64,000 nt of DNA from NCBI GenBank assembly GCA_963675835.2, contig CAXXIU010000005.1:481402-545401 (forward strand), given 5' to 3'. Position numbers and translations under genes: made by a program. Under the pieces are notes generated by a model. It searched no databases and had not been told where the DNA came from. It saw only the letters and a list, made by a program, of their open reading frames with translations. Below are positions 1-11,435 of this stretch, in pieces. Each line of letters opens with the position of its first letter. Positions within the stretch are counted from its first letter, which is position 1. Source of the DNA: Desulfomonilaceae bacterium (lineage in GTDB: Bacteria > Desulfobacterota > Desulfomonilia > Desulfomonilales > Desulfomonilaceae).

Positions 1-166
1 AACGGTTCTGCTCCTTGTTTCCCCTGGCGCCAGTGAGAGGGTGCCAGGGGTATTTTTGTTTGAGGTACATGGCCTCAAGCTGAGTGAGAACCGGAAGACC
101 TCCCAACATGAACTTCCCTTACATTCGGTCGAACGCAGAAAGCGATCATGAAAAGACCGGGCTGCC

Positions 167-379
167 TTGTTCGCACCCTGCGATGTAGAACCTTTGGTAG
201 GATTTCGGGTCCATGTAACATTCGATGATGGAATGAAAAGGGGAATCGACGTTCAGCCCTACCTGGAGGGTCCAATATTCAAACCGGTCGGTAACGACCG
301 CCACGTGCTCCACTCCGTCAGGATCGAGGGACACGCCATGGGATGGAAGAAAGGGGCCGACATAGCCCCGATGTCCTAA
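167..379 (+). CDS. DUF2442-like small protein
   Basis: 70-aa ORF with a TTG start directly after an in-frame stop. VGFRVHVTFDDGMKRGIDVQPYLEGPIFKPV...MGWKKGADIAPMS fits my memory of the DUF2442 pattern. No clear SD. Confidence 0.4.
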   Translation: MFAPCDVEPLVGFRVHVTFDDGMKRGIDVQPYLEGPIFKPVGNDRHVLHSVRIEGHAMGWKKGADIAPMS

Positions 380-773
380 ACCGTGGCCGCCGGCCTGCTT
401 GCAGGGAGAAGAACGAGGTCCCATCCGGTTAGTGCCCGGGGCACGCATCCCGCGTTCAGAGCGGCCCCCTACGAATCAGCATCGGGATCGCAAGCCTCCC
501 CGTTTTCCGCGGGGACACGGTACCTCTATACCTCACCGCAATTGCGCGGCCGGCCCCCCCGTTCCACAGCTCAGCCTGGAAACAATCTGTCCCAATCGAG
601 CATGGTTGCAAATCGCGACTTGACCCAAAACTGCCGGCGGATATCACCCCCGAACGACCTGTGCCGTAAACATTGCAGTCTCGGCATGTGATGCGGTATG
701 GTGTCGCAGGACCAACGGCACCGAGATCAGGCCTTCTTTCAGTTAACATTCAGATTCAGGGGAGGGACCGCTC

Positions 774-2381
774 ATGTACGGAAGATCGGCAAACTTTGAG
801 GTTCTCACACCGGTGAGTTTCCTGGAACGGACGGCCAAGGTATACCCGGGCAAGGATGCCGTTATCCACGGAGGCCGGAGGTATACCTATGCAGAGTTTC
901 AATGCAGAGTGCACCGACTCGCCCAAGGCTTGAAGAAAGCCGGAATTGGGAAAGGCGACAAGGTGGCTTTCATCTGCGCAAATACGCCGCACATGCTTGA
1001 GGCGCACTTTGCGGTTCCTCTGATCGGCGCCGTCCTCGTCCCGGTCAATTTCCGACTATCGGCTCCGGAGGTGGCCTACATCATCAACCACTCGGAATCC
1101 AAGGCTGTTTTCGTGGACAATGAGTTCGCCGACTTGGTGAAAACCAAGATCCCCGAGATGCCGAGACTGGGCTTTTCCGTAAATATCTGCGACATCGACA
1201 ACGACACGCCGCTGGACGGCATGGAATACGAAGAGTTCCTCTCTGCCGCCTCCGACGAGCCTGTGGAGTGCGAGGTCGACGATGAGCGGGGAGTACTATC
1301 CATCAACTATACCAGTGGAACCACGGGCAAACCGAAAGGTGTGATGTATCACCATAGGGGAGCTTATCTCAACGCCCTGGGGGAGGCATTGGAATTCAAC
1401 ATGAATTTCGAGTCGGTGTACCTTTGGACCCTTCCCATGTTCCACTGCAACGGCTGGTGTTTTCCGTGGGCCGTGACCGCGGTGGGGGCCGTTCACGTAT
1501 GTTTGCGCAAGGCAACGCCCGGCGAGATCTTCCGTCTGATTCAGGAGGAAAACGTGTCCCATCTCTGCGGAGCACCGACGGTCTTGATCACCATGACCGG
1601 TTTTTCGGGTGCCTCGGACATCAAGCTGAAACGCAAGCTTAGTGTGATTACCGCGGCCGCCCCCCCTGCCCCTACGGTGATCGAGAACATCGAGGCTCTC
1701 GGTGCGGAAGTTCAACATGTCTATGGTCTTACGGAGGTCTACGGTCCACACAGCATTTGTGCCGACCAGCCTCATTGGAAAGAATTACCGGCCGCGGAAC
1801 GGGCAAGTCTGAAAGCACGTCAAGGAGTACCCTATGTGGTCACCCAATACATGGACGTGGTGGATCCGGACACCATGACTCCAGTGCCTCGGGACGGTGA
1901 GACTCTCGGAGAAATCGTCATTCGTGGAAATAACGTGATGTTGGGCTACTACAGGCAGCATGAGGCTACGGAAGAAGCCTTCAGGGGCGGGTGGTTCCAT
2001 AGTGGAGATCTTGCCGTGGCGCACCCCGACGGGTACGCGGAGATCAAGGATCGGGCCAAGGACATCATCATCAGCGGAGGGGAGAACATCTCCAGTGTTG
2101 AGGTTGAACGCGTCATCTATCGGCATCCCGAAGTACTTGAGGCGGCGGTGATCGGAGTGCCTCACGAGAAGTGGGGTGAAGTTCCCAAGGCGTTTGTGGT
2201 CCCCAAACCGGGCACGAACCCTTCCGAGGAAGCCATCATGGCCTTCTGCCGAGAGAGCCTGGCACGCTTCAAGGTTCCTAAGAGCATTGAATTCGGAGAC
2301 TTGCCCAAAACCGCCACGGGCAAGATCATGAAGAACGAATTGAGGAACCGTGAGTGGGCCGGGAGAGACAAGAAGATATAA
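774..2381 (+). CDS. AMP-dependent acyl-CoA synthetase/ligase
   Basis: 535-aa ORF with the AMP-binding signature YTSGTTGKPKGV, GYYRQHEAT..GWFHSGD and a C-terminal PKTATGKI motif. SD GGGGAGGGA lies upstream of the ATG. Confidence 0.9.
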   Translation: MYGRSANFEVLTPVSFLERTAKVYPGKDAVIHGGRRYTYAEFQCRVHRLAQGLKKAGIGKGDKVAFICANTPHMLEAHFAVPLIGAVLVPVNFRLSAPEVAYIINHSESKAVFVDNEFADLVKTKIPEMPRLGFSVNICDIDNDTPLDGMEYEEFLSAASDEPVECEVDDERGVLSINYTSGTTGKPKGVMYHHRGAYLNALGEALEFNMNFESVYLWTLPMFHCNGWCFPWAVTAVGAVHVCLRKATPGEIFRLIQEENVSHLCGAPTVLITMTGFSGASDIKLKRKLSVITAAAPPAPTVIENIEALGAEVQHVYGLTEVYGPHSICADQPHWKELPAAERASLKARQGVPYVVTQYMDVVDPDTMTPVPRDGETLGEIVIRGNNVMLGYYRQHEATEEAFRGGWFHSGDLAVAHPDGYAEIKDRAKDIIISGGENISSVEVERVIYRHPEVLEAAVIGVPHEKWGEVPKAFVVPKPGTNPSEEAIMAFCRESLARFKVPKSIEFGDLPKTATGKIMKNELRNREWAGRDKKI

Positions 2382-2461
2382 TAAACTTTCATGCTTTGTG
2401 GTGCTCTTGTAGATTTGATAGGTGGGATTAGGATAAATCAATTGTGTGGAGGAGACATGCT

Positions 2462-2764
2462 ATGTTGGCGGAACTGAGCGTATTCCCGCTGGACAAAGGC
2501 GGACAAGGCCTAAGCCGATTCGTGGCGGGATCCATAAGGATCATTGAAGACAGTGGGTTGGACTACGAGATGCATGCCCTGGGAACACTTATTGAAGGGC
2601 CGGCGGACAAGGTTTTTGAGGTCATCCGAAAGTGTCATGAAAACATGGCTGCCCAGAGCGACCGAGTCGTCACCTATGTGAAGATTGACGACCGGAAAGG
2701 ACACGAAGGAGCCATCAAGAAGAAGGTCGAGTCCGTCCGGGAGAAACTGAACGAAGGGCAATAA
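2462..2764 (+). CDS. MTH1187/YkoF-like (UPF0045) thiamine-binding family protein
   Basis: MLAELSVFPLDKG...LDYEMHALGTLIEGP...VVTYVKIDDRKG is typical of the family. The internal ATG at 2462 is preceded by GGAGGA. Confidence 0.7.
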   Translation: MLAELSVFPLDKGGQGLSRFVAGSIRIIEDSGLDYEMHALGTLIEGPADKVFEVIRKCHENMAAQSDRVVTYVKIDDRKGHEGAIKKKVESVREKLNEGQ

Positions 2765-2862
2765 CAAGACGGCCAATGTCGATCAGGGCAAACCGTCAAG
2801 ATACCGGTAACATAAGTGGAAGGCATGAGCGCTCTTGCCCTGAAAGGGTACACTATCACCAG

Positions 2863-3093
2863 CCATGGGTTTCAACCCATGGGAACGGCAGACTACCTCC
2901 ACAGTCTTGGACCCTGACGGGGTCCACCAAAGGGACTCGAGGTAACGGAGGTGTGATGATTGGTCGGCCCCTTCAGGGCCGATCCAGACAATTGGGTAGA
3001 TACCCTTTTCCACGGGTTGAAACCCGTGGCTACTCACGGTGAGCCCCTGCGGGGCACTGGCTGGTCGCCACCTCGAATCGGTTGACCAATTGT
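2863..3093. repeat. Cluster of GC-rich hairpins, including two near-identical 20-nt palindromes
   Basis: The two palindromes are CCATGGGTTTCAACCCATGG (2863-2882) and CCACGGGTTGAAACCCGTGG (3010-3029). Further hairpins lie at 2909-2925, 2962-2984 and 3043-3055. ACAATTGG (2988-2995) is complementary to CCAATTGT (3086-3093). No convincing ORF. Confidence 0.4.
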
Positions 3094-3182
3094 CGTCCGA
3101 CTCCCACGGTTACCGGCAAAATGATATGGGACATGTCCAAGGCGGAGCCTGAGAACGAGAAGAGAGGGTGCCGTTGGGCCTA

Positions 3183-3716
3183 ATGTACGCAACCGACAAT
3201 GAGATTCTCGAAATCGTAAATGAACAAGACGAAGTAATCGGCACGGCAACGCGGATGGAGATTCATCGACGAGGACTCATGCACCGTGCCGTGCACATCT
3301 TCGTCTTCAATGCGCTCGGGGAGATCTACGTCCAGCGCCGTTCGAACTCCAAGGACAGGCATCCCCTCAAGCTTGACAGTTCGGCAGCCGGCCATGTGGA
3401 TCCCGGGGAGACGTACAAGCAGACCGCAATTCGGGAACTGCAGGAAGAATTGGGAATAGAAGCCGATCTCGAGGAAGTCCTTCGTCTGCCGGCATCAAAG
3501 GAGACCGACCGGGAACACGTTGCGCTGTTCAAAACGGTTACCGGTCAGGATCCTGTTCCCAGTTCCGACGAAATCGTGTGGGGCGGGTTCATGTCTCCCG
3601 AACGCCTGTCCGAGCTCATGAGCGACGATCCGGGCGACTTCGTGCCGGCGTTCGTCATCCTTTGGAGAGCAACGGCCTGTACTTGGACAGCCGCCCAAAG
3701 ACCTTTTAAACATTGA
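3183..3716 (+). CDS. NUDIX hydrolase
   Basis: Nudix box GHVDPGETYKQTAIRELQEELGI (GX5EX7REUXEEXGU). Start placed at the internal ATG (MYATDNEILEIV). Confidence 0.85.
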   Translation: MYATDNEILEIVNEQDEVIGTATRMEIHRRGLMHRAVHIFVFNALGEIYVQRRSNSKDRHPLKLDSSAAGHVDPGETYKQTAIRELQEELGIEADLEEVLRLPASKETDREHVALFKTVTGQDPVPSSDEIVWGGFMSPERLSELMSDDPGDFVPAFVILWRATACTWTAAQRPFKH

Positions 3717-4111
3717 CAAATTCGGCATTTAGCGCTACAGAAAGAGGGTTCGAGAACCCGAAACTTCGGATCACGGACGATGAGGCGAGTTGAGAAGCCT
3801 GTATTACTGATCCTCATTTTCTTGTCGTACTACGAAGATTTCTTCGGAAATTGGCTCCTGAATATCGGTTTGGTTGCGCCCAGCCGCCGGGAACCGGAGC
3901 AACTTCCGGATCCCCTGCGTGGTACGATGGTTCTTGCGAAACTCAAGGTCGTGCGTGACGCCGGTGCCTCCAATCGTCATTAGGTTGCGGTTCCAACCGC
4001 CCGGTGATCCTACCCGGCACACGCTTCAGCAATCGGCGACTCGCAGTTCAGGATGATAATCTCGTGGCCGTAAACCATCATACAGCCCCGGCCCTCGTAC
4101 GAACATCAGGA

Positions 4112-5095
4112 GTGAACGCGTTCACTCCGGTTGGGGCAATCATCGTGGTAATCATTGCGTTTCTCGCCTTGTTCCCTGAACGGAGCGGTGCGGGATCGGT
4201 CGGAAAATTTCCGGAATTCCCCGCGGGAGAGCCATTAGGAACCTGTCACTTCGCCGGGTATCCCAGGAACAAGTCAATGGTGGAGGGTCGTGCCGGGTAC
4301 CTCTGGGGAGTGAACGCGCTGTGGCTGCGCGACGGCGACAATGATAATCTGCCGGCCGGTAAGAAAGAAGTGAGTCTTGAGAGTCCGATCTTCGGAATCC
4401 AAGGTGAGACGCGTGCCGTCTCGGATGACTTGGCGCTCCGGGTTCAGGGCTGGATAAACCTTCCCCAGACGACCAGAGGCGACTTCATGCTGGATCGTAC
4501 TCAGCGTACCCTTACGGCCCGATCCTGGGAAACGGAGTCTCGATACCTGGCGACGGATATTGCGGCGATCTATCACCTGGGCCCCTTCGGGTCTCACGTT
4601 AACCGATTGAGAAGCATCGGAATGCCTTACACGGCCGGTTTGGTCGCGGGGTACCGGTACATCAATTTCGACTACCGATCCACCAGGAGTGCTCCACCGA
4701 CGGGCACGTTTCACGACCACTTTCACATTCATATACCGTACATAGGAGTGCATTACGCGCATGAGGAATTTGTCGGGTCTCTCGTGAGGCTCGACATCAA
4801 TGCTTCGCCCTTCACGCTGTCGAGAGTCGATGCGGAGCGACATCTTACCGGGGTCATCACCCAAATCGAAGGACAATCGGTAACCGGATTCTGGTTCGAA
4901 TCGCTCTTCTCCTGGTCGAAGCCGGTATCCGACGGAGCGTTCGTCGGCATATTCGTCAACTATAACTACCTCGAACTCTCCGGTGGTGCGACGGTCGACA
5001 GCGCACAGGACGGTGTTTTCAGATCGACCAGGTTCTCCATGGACTCGATCGGTCACCTCGTCACTGTGGGAATTACCGGGGTCCTGACCTTCTGA
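4112..5095 (+). CDS. hypothetical protein, possible outer-membrane beta-barrel
   Basis: The long ORF ends in ...VGITGVLTF (terminal aromatic residue). It has alternating beta-like segments and an N-terminal hydrophobic stretch, GAIIVVIIAFLALF. The start is uncertain (GTG 4112 chosen). Confidence 0.45.
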   Translation: MNAFTPVGAIIVVIIAFLALFPERSGAGSVGKFPEFPAGEPLGTCHFAGYPRNKSMVEGRAGYLWGVNALWLRDGDNDNLPAGKKEVSLESPIFGIQGETRAVSDDLALRVQGWINLPQTTRGDFMLDRTQRTLTARSWETESRYLATDIAAIYHLGPFGSHVNRLRSIGMPYTAGLVAGYRYINFDYRSTRSAPPTGTFHDHFHIHIPYIGVHYAHEEFVGSLVRLDINASPFTLSRVDAERHLTGVITQIEGQSVTGFWFESLFSWSKPVSDGAFVGIFVNYNYLELSGGATVDSAQDGVFRSTRFSMDSIGHLVTVGITGVLTF

Positions 5096-5244
5096 CAATG
5101 GGGTCAGATCTGCTCTTGGCTCACCAAGCATGTCACACCGCTGCGTCGTGTGAGTGAAGAGCAGACCTGACCCCATTTGAGACTTGACTCAATTGTGCGG
5201 AACGACTATCTCTAATGCATGGAGTTAAGAATTTGGGAGGAATA

Positions 5245-5883
5245 ATGACGGAAAATCGTTCCGATGTAGATACGTCCGGACCGGCCGACGACGACAAGCT
5301 TGCAGGAGCCGAGCAAGCAACGGCCTCACTGCCTGATGCGGCAAACGCGCACTACAATCTTGGTCTGGAGCTTTCTCGACGTGGAGATCGTGACCGAAGC
5401 AAAGAGGAATTCCGCACGGCACTCAAACTCAAACCAGGCATGCTGGAGGCGAGAATCAATCTCGCTGCAATCCTCCTGCATGAAGGGGATTTCGACGGCT
5501 GTATAAACGAGAGCCTCAAGGCCCTTGAGTTTCGTCCCGACCTGGTCGAGGGCTGCGTTAATATCGGCATCGCCTACCTGCAGAAGGGCATGACGGAGCC
5601 GGCATTGGAGAGTTTTCACAAGGCACTGAAGATCGATCCCCGGTCGTTGCCTGCCCATCTCAACCTGGGAAACGCCTATCTGGCATTGGGGGAAATCGAC
5701 CGAAGCATTGAGCATAACACCAAGGCAATCGAGATCAACCCCCGGTTCGCCATGGCTCACAACAATCTGGCCGCAGCCTATCACCAAAAAGGCGACAACG
5801 AAAAAGCACGTGAGCACGTGAATCAAGCCGCGAACCTCGGTTACGAGGTTCATCCCGATTTCATTAAGCTGTTGAACGAGTAG
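5245..5883 (+). CDS. tetratricopeptide (TPR) repeat protein
   Basis: Several 34-aa TPR-like units (AHYNLGLEL.., AHLNLGNAYLALGE.., AHNNLAAAYHQKGD). GGGAGGA lies upstream of ATG 5245. Confidence 0.8.
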   Translation: MTENRSDVDTSGPADDDKLAGAEQATASLPDAANAHYNLGLELSRRGDRDRSKEEFRTALKLKPGMLEARINLAAILLHEGDFDGCINESLKALEFRPDLVEGCVNIGIAYLQKGMTEPALESFHKALKIDPRSLPAHLNLGNAYLALGEIDRSIEHNTKAIEINPRFAMAHNNLAAAYHQKGDNEKAREHVNQAANLGYEVHPDFIKLLNE

Positions 5884-5899
5884 TCCGGCAGTGTTACGG

Positions 5900-6262
5900 C
5901 TACAGCCGTTTACCGGGCAAGTCATCGACAAGCGTCAACAACGCGCGCTCCAGATCGGCCGCGTTCGAGCATGCTTGTGAATCCCCGTCGGCACATCGCT
6001 CGGTGCTCTTACCGAAACGGGACAACATGTCGCGGCTCTCAGCTGTCATTTTTTCGACCAGATGGTCATATTTCCGTTTCAGGTCGGCAAGCCGGCCGGC
6101 TCGATCCGATCCCGTAAACCCCTTGCAGATGGATGTGTACGCGTTGATGTAATTCTTCATCGCCTCGTAGTTGTCGCTCAATCCCATGACTGGAGACACA
6201 CACAAGACCGTTCCCATAAGAGCCAAACATAGCGGGACAAACCACCCGCATCCATGCTTCAT
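5900..6262 (-). CDS. hypothetical secreted protein
   Basis: 120-aa ORF with the signal-peptide-like N-terminus MKHGCGWFVPLCLALMGTVLCVSPVMG. SD GGAGAAAAGGGG lies upstream. Confidence 0.5.
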   Translation of the reverse strand: MKHGCGWFVPLCLALMGTVLCVSPVMGLSDNYEAMKNYINAYTSICKGFTGSDRAGRLADLKRKYDHLVEKMTAESRDMLSRFGKSTERCADGDSQACSNAADLERALLTLVDDLPGKRL

Positions 6263-6471
6263 GTTGTTTTCCCCTTTTCTCCGGCTCTGTTACAAGAGTG
6301 CCGGGTTGTTCTACCAATGGGCTTTCGGGTGTCCATCATGGGGTTGAGGTCTGCACGGTCGTTCGGGGGAGATTCGCCCGAGAACGACCGACACCACTGA
6401 TCTCGTTCAAAATCTGCGGCGATTGCACTCAGCCGGTGGAAGACGTCACTTCTCCAAGCACGCCGGGGGCG

Positions 6472-9400
6472 CTACGCGATCACGCACATATCGTCTCCCA
6501 GTCTATGATACTCTTGCAGCGAAGTGACCCGGAAGGGCTCTCCTCTATGCAGTGAGCGGAGACCAAGGGACAGCGCATTGGCACCGGCCAACGTAGTGAA
6601 ATACGGGACGTTGTGGTTCAGGGCGGCTACTCTGATATGGAACGAATCCTTTAGTGACTGCTTGTCCGAAGATGTGTTGATCACGAGCACTATTTCGTTC
6701 TTCTTGATGAGGTCGATGACGTCCGAATCTCCCTCCTCGTGCACCTTTCCGACCACGGTGGAGGAAATACCGACCTCTTCGAGCGCCGCACCCGTCCCCT
6801 CGGTACAGACAAAGGTGAAGCCGAACTCGGTGAGCCGGCGTGCAACGATGACTGCCAGGCCTTTGTCCCGTCCGGCAACGCTCAAGAAAACCTTCCCCCC
6901 CCTGGGAATGGGAAAGTCCGTACTGTATTGAGATTTCAGGAACGCGGGACCGAACTCGCAGTCGATCCCCATGACCTCACCGGTAGACTTCATTTCAGGG
7001 CCAAGCAGGACATCGACTCCCGGGAACTTAATGAAGGGAAACACCGCTTCCTTTACGCTTACATGCGCGGGTATTACCTCCCGGGTGAATCCCAGTTCCC
7101 TAAGCTTCTTCCCGGCCATCACCCGGGCTCCCACTTTGGCCAGAGGTACCCCAATCGCCTTGGACACGAATGGAATGGTCCTGGAAGCCCGGGGGTTGAC
7201 TTCCAACACGTAGATCTCGCCGTCCTTGAGAGCAAGCTGGAGATTCATCAGTCCCTTGACCCCCAACTCCCTAGCGATAAGCTTGGTGATTCTCCTGATC
7301 TCGTCCAGATGATAACGACCGAGGCTGTACGGCGGCAGGGAACACGATGAATCACCAGAGTGGATACCGGCCTCCTCAATGTGTTCCATGATTCCACCGA
7401 TGACTACCTCCTCACCATCGGCCACCGCGTCGACGTCGATTTCCACGGCACCGGTGAGATACCCGTCCACCAGTATGGGGTGTTCCGGAGAGGCCTGTAC
7501 CACGGCCCTGAGGTACTCCGTCAGGTCGTCTTCCTGGTGAACGATCTCCATGGCCCGGCCGCCAAGTACGTACGATGGACGCACAACCAGTGGGTATCCA
7601 ATGCGTCGAGCCACATCGATCACCTCGGCGTACGAATGGGCAATATCATTGGGCGGCTGGTTGAGTCCAAGTTTGAGGAGCATGTCCTTGAAACGCTTAC
7701 GGTCTTCCGCTCGGTCAATGGCATCGGGAGAGGTACCGATGATCGGAACACCCGCGTTCCAGAGGGAAACGGCGAGCTTCAAAGGGGTCTGTCCGCCGAA
7801 TTGAACGATGACTCCTTCGGGCTTTTCTCTGTCGACGATCTCGAGCACGTCCTCGAGTGTGAGCGGCTCGAAGTAGAGCCTGTCCGCAGTGTCGTAATCA
7901 GTGCTCACGGTCTCCGGGTTGCAATTGACCATGATGGTCTCGTATCCGTCTTCCTTGAGAGCAAACACTCCGTGGACACAGCAATAGTCGAACTCGATTC
8001 CCTGGCCGATCCGGTTCGGTCCGCCGCCGAGTATCATGATCTTACGTTTGTCTGTTGTACCGGATTCGTCTTCCTCTTCGTACGACGAGTAGAGATACGG
8101 AGTGAACGCCTCGAATTCCGCGGCGCACGTGTCTACACGCTTGAACACGGGGCGCACGCCCAATGATCTGCGCAGGTCACGGATTTCGGATTCCGTCTTA
8201 TTTGCAAGGGTTGCCAGCCGAATGTCCGAGAAGCCGTACGCTTTGGCCCGCGCAAGATTTTCCTTTCCATCGTCACCGGTCAGGAATCCGTCTCTGCCAA
8301 TGTCTGCTTCCATCTCAATAATTTGTTGCATCTGGTACAGGAACCACGGGTCGACTGCTGACGCCTGACAAATTTCTTCTATCCCGACTCCCTGCCTCAG
8401 TGCGTCCGCGATGTACCAGAGCCTGTCGGGAGTGGGAGTCTTCAAACGGTTCAGAACCTCACTTTGCGATATCCCGTCTCCAAGCCTCGGCTCCAGCCCA
8501 TAGACATCGATCTCCAGGGATCGGATAGCCTTCTGCAGGGACTCCTTGAACGTTCTCCCGATCGCCATCACCTCCCCCACTGATTTCATTTGTGTGGTGA
8601 GGGTGTTGTCCGCGCTGGGAAACTTCTCAAAGGTGAACCTGGGGATCTTGGTAACAACGTAGTCAATGGTCGGCTCGAACGAGGCAGGCGTCTTGAGCGT
8701 AATATCGTTGGGTATCTCATCGAGCGTGTACCCCACGGCCAGCTTGGCGGCGATCTTGGCAATCGGGAAGCCGGTAGCCTTTGAAGCCAAGGCACTGGAA
8801 CGGCTCACTCTCGGATTCATCTCAATGACCACAACGCGTCCGGTATCGGGATGGACAGCGAACTGAATGTTTGAACCGCCGGTATCGACACCGATTTCTC
8901 GAATAATGGCAATGGCCTGATCTCTGAGAATCTGATATTCCTTGTCGGTCAGAGTCTGCGCAGGAGCTACGGTGATTGAATCGCCCGTGTGGACTCCCAT
9001 GGCATCGAAATTCTCGATGGAACAGATGATGACCACGTTGTCCGAACCGTCCCGCATGACCTCGAGTTCGAATTCTTTCCACCCCAGTACGGATTCCTCG
9101 ATCAGCACGCGGCGCACGGGAGAGATATCCAGGCCCCATTTGGCCAGGTGTTCGAACTGGTCCTCGGTAAAGGCGACGCTGCCTCCGGTTCCTCCCAAGG
9201 TGAACGAGGGGCGGATGACGTTGGGGAAGCCGAGATCCCGTGCAATCTCCCAAGCATGGTCCAGTGATTCCGCATAACCGCTCCGGGGAAGATCCAGCCC
9301 GATGTTGCTCATGGCCTTCTTGAACAGATAGCGGTCTTCCGCCTTGTTGATGGCGTCTATGCCCGCGCCGATCAACTCCACGCCGTATTTTTGGAGCACG

Positions 9401-9717
9401 CCGTGTTCATGGAGCTCAACTGCACGATTCAGGGCCGTCTGGCCGCCCAACGTGGGAAGCAGGGCGTCGGGGCGCTCCTTCTCTATGATGGTGGTAAGTA
9501 TATCGACCTTGAGCGGCTCAATGTAAGTGGCATCGGCGAATTCAGGATCCGTCATGATGGTCGCTGGGTTCGAATTAACCAGTACGACTCGGTACCCTTC
9601 TTCTTTGAGGGCTTTCAGAGCCTGGGTGCCGGAGTAATCAAACTCGCACGCCTGACCGATAACGATCGGCCCGGATCCAATGAGCAGAATTGACTTGAGA
9701 TCGGTTCTTTTCGGCAT
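6472..9717 (-). CDS. carB: carbamoyl-phosphate synthase large subunit
   Basis: About 1080 aa with duplicated ATP-grasp halves. The N-terminus [30 protein letters not shown], the second half [21 protein letters not shown] and an MGS-like C-terminus are all present. Start set at MPKRT. Confidence 0.97.
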   Translation of the reverse strand: MPKRTDLKSILLIGSGPIVIGQACEFDYSGTQALKALKEEGYRVVLVNSNPATIMTDPEFADATYIEPLKVDILTTIIEKERPDALLPTLGGQTALNRAVELHEHGVLQKYGVELIGAGIDAINKAEDRYLFKKAMSNIGLDLPRSGYAESLDHAWEIARDLGFPNVIRPSFTLGGTGGSVAFTEDQFEHLAKWGLDISPVRRVLIEESVLGWKEFELEVMRDGSDNVVIICSIENFDAMGVHTGDSITVAPAQTLTDKEYQILRDQAIAIIREIGVDTGGSNIQFAVHPDTGRVVVIEMNPRVSRSSALASKATGFPIAKIAAKLAVGYTLDEIPNDITLKTPASFEPTIDYVVTKIPRFTFEKFPSADNTLTTQMKSVGEVMAIGRTFKESLQKAIRSLEIDVYGLEPRLGDGISQSEVLNRLKTPTPDRLWYIADALRQGVGIEEICQASAVDPWFLYQMQQIIEMEADIGRDGFLTGDDGKENLARAKAYGFSDIRLATLANKTESEIRDLRRSLGVRPVFKRVDTCAAEFEAFTPYLYSSYEEEDESGTTDKRKIMILGGGPNRIGQGIEFDYCCVHGVFALKEDGYETIMVNCNPETVSTDYDTADRLYFEPLTLEDVLEIVDREKPEGVIVQFGGQTPLKLAVSLWNAGVPIIGTSPDAIDRAEDRKRFKDMLLKLGLNQPPNDIAHSYAEVIDVARRIGYPLVVRPSYVLGGRAMEIVHQEDDLTEYLRAVVQASPEHPILVDGYLTGAVEIDVDAVADGEEVVIGGIMEHIEEAGIHSGDSSCSLPPYSLGRYHLDEIRRITKLIARELGVKGLMNLQLALKDGEIYVLEVNPRASRTIPFVSKAIGVPLAKVGARVMAGKKLRELGFTREVIPAHVSVKEAVFPFIKFPGVDVLLGPEMKSTGEVMGIDCEFGPAFLKSQYSTDFPIPRGGKVFLSVAGRDKGLAVIVARRLTEFGFTFVCTEGTGAALEEVGISSTVVGKVHEEGDSDVIDLIKKNEIVLVINTSSDKQSLKDSFHIRVAALNHNVPYFTTLAGANALSLGLRSLHRGEPFRVTSLQEYHRLGDDMCVIA

Positions 9718-9950
9718 AACGACTTTCTTTTCTCTCAATTAGTGAACAATATCGAAACAAAGGCCTCCGCTTCGGCTAATCCCTGCGGTAAGGCCTCTGA
9801 GACTATAGGTTCACTCAGGCAAAAATTCAAGGGAAACTCCCGGAGTCTCCCGGATGAGTTTGCCTTAGGCAACGCTCGAAAAGGTAACGCAATGGTGCTA
9901 TGCTCACCCCGGCTCAGGCGCCGGATGAATATCGAATCAGATTGGGATTG

Positions 9951-11369
9951 ATGACGCTTAATCATTCCAACATAAATGAAGTCAGGCGGTTCTTGGCGGA
10001 ATCGTGGTCCATGGGATGGCCCATGATTCTGATCATGTTCTTCCATTTCTCAATCGGGATGGCGGACGTCTATGTGGCCGGTTACCTGGGAACGAATGTC
10101 ATGGCCGCGGTGGGCTATGTCGGACAGCTCTACTGGACCTTGTTGATTCTGGCCAACGGCATCACGGTCGGAACCGTCTCCATGATTTCACAGGCTTACG
10201 GGGCCAATTCCCGTGAGGGGGTAAGCAGCGTAACGGCTCAATCCCTCGTCCTTGGGATAGCCCTTTCCGGGGGCCTGACCATCTTTGCTTTGGCCTTCCC
10301 CGCCTCAATAGTTCACGTTGCAGGCATGCCAATAGAAATCCGCGATATCGCCGAGGATTTCATTCGCATCTTCTCTCTCGTGCTGATTCCCACGTATGTC
10401 ATGATCATCACCAGCGGGGTGCTTAGAGCTTCGGGGCGGATCCGCATCACCATGATTAACAGTCTCGTAGCGTCCCTGGTCAACATAGCGGGCGATCTCG
10501 TTCTCGGTTTCGGATGGGGACCGATCCCGGCCTTGGGTTACAAGGGAATCGCGTGGGCCACGGCCGGCGGCACAACGCTGGGAATGATGCTGAACCTCAT
10601 CTTCATTCTTAGGGGGCCGGGCAGTCTCAGACTTTCCTGTATCATGAGTCCGTTTTCACGCTGTATGAGAAACCTTGCCAAGTTGGGGCTCCCCTCCGCA
10701 CTCCAGCAAACAGCGTGGAATGCCGGGACTCTTGTAATCTACTTTCTCGTGGGAGGGCTTCAGGGCAGTGAAGTCACAGCGTTGGCAGCCATGACCGCAG
10801 GAGTACGCATCGAAGCAATAATTTTTCTCCCGATTTTTGCTCTCAACATGGCCTGTGCCGTCCTGACAGGCAACAAATTGGGCACGGGAGACGAGGCCGG
10901 TGCCCGGTACGGCGCAAAAGTGACCGCATTACTGAGTCTTGCGATAATCCTTCTTCCAATCGTTGCCATTTTCACCTTTGCTCCCAACATCTCATCGTGG
11001 CTTACACGGGATCGGGCCGTGCTGGAAGAGATGGTCAGGTATCTGCGCATCAATATGCTTGGAATGCCGTTCCTCGCCATTGGAATCTCCTTGTCGGGCG
11101 CACTCCAGGGCGCGGGTGACACCATGGCCACCATGCGAATCGTATTCACCGGCATGTGGCTGGTGAGGATACCTTTCATCCTTGCCGTCATTCACGTTTT
11201 CAAGACAAGCGCGACCGGTATATGGTGGGCCATGGCAATTTCCATGATTATCATGTGCATTCTCTTGATCAACAGGTTTAGGGGGGATGCGTGGGTCGGG
11301 GCCGCCGTCGACAAACAGAACAACACCATGCTCTGGGAGGCGTGCGTGCCGAGTAAGCCCGCGGGATAA
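9951..11369 (+). CDS. MATE family efflux transporter
   Basis: Polytopic membrane protein of about 12 TM segments. N-terminal ESWSMGWPMILIMFF..MADVYVAGYLG is typical of MATE/NorM. Start at the internal ATG. Confidence 0.88.
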   Translation: MTLNHSNINEVRRFLAESWSMGWPMILIMFFHFSIGMADVYVAGYLGTNVMAAVGYVGQLYWTLLILANGITVGTVSMISQAYGANSREGVSSVTAQSLVLGIALSGGLTIFALAFPASIVHVAGMPIEIRDIAEDFIRIFSLVLIPTYVMIITSGVLRASGRIRITMINSLVASLVNIAGDLVLGFGWGPIPALGYKGIAWATAGGTTLGMMLNLIFILRGPGSLRLSCIMSPFSRCMRNLAKLGLPSALQQTAWNAGTLVIYFLVGGLQGSEVTALAAMTAGVRIEAIIFLPIFALNMACAVLTGNKLGTGDEAGARYGAKVTALLSLAIILLPIVAIFTFAPNISSWLTRDRAVLEEMVRYLRINMLGMPFLAIGISLSGALQGAGDTMATMRIVFTGMWLVRIPFILAVIHVFKTSATGIWWAMAISMIIMCILLINRFRGDAWVGAAVDKQNNTMLWEACVPSKPAG

Positions 11370-11435
11370 GACTGCACGGATGAAGGATCCAATATTCCCC
11401 GAATCAAGAGCAGAGCCAACCTCGATTGAGGCTCT

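Noticed and set aside
2931-3030. Possible hammerhead-type ribozyme (GTGATGA ... hairpin ... GAAAC-like strings)
   Set aside because: The conserved cores do not fit. The region has GUGAUGA where CUGAUGA is expected, and there is no CGAAAC directly after stem II. The arrangement of the stems does not give a three-way junction.
3804-4080. Possible gene remnant on the minus strand (MMVYGHEIIILNCESPIAEACAG..., then ...NLMTIGGTGVTHDLEFRKNH...)
   Set aside because: The fragments lie in different frames separated by stops. I could not assign them to any family with confidence, so they are left unannotated.
4274-5176. 300-aa minus-strand ORF
   Set aside because: It lies antisense to the ORF that ends in a beta-barrel-like ...GVLTF. 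It is Arg-rich, with no motifs and no SD.
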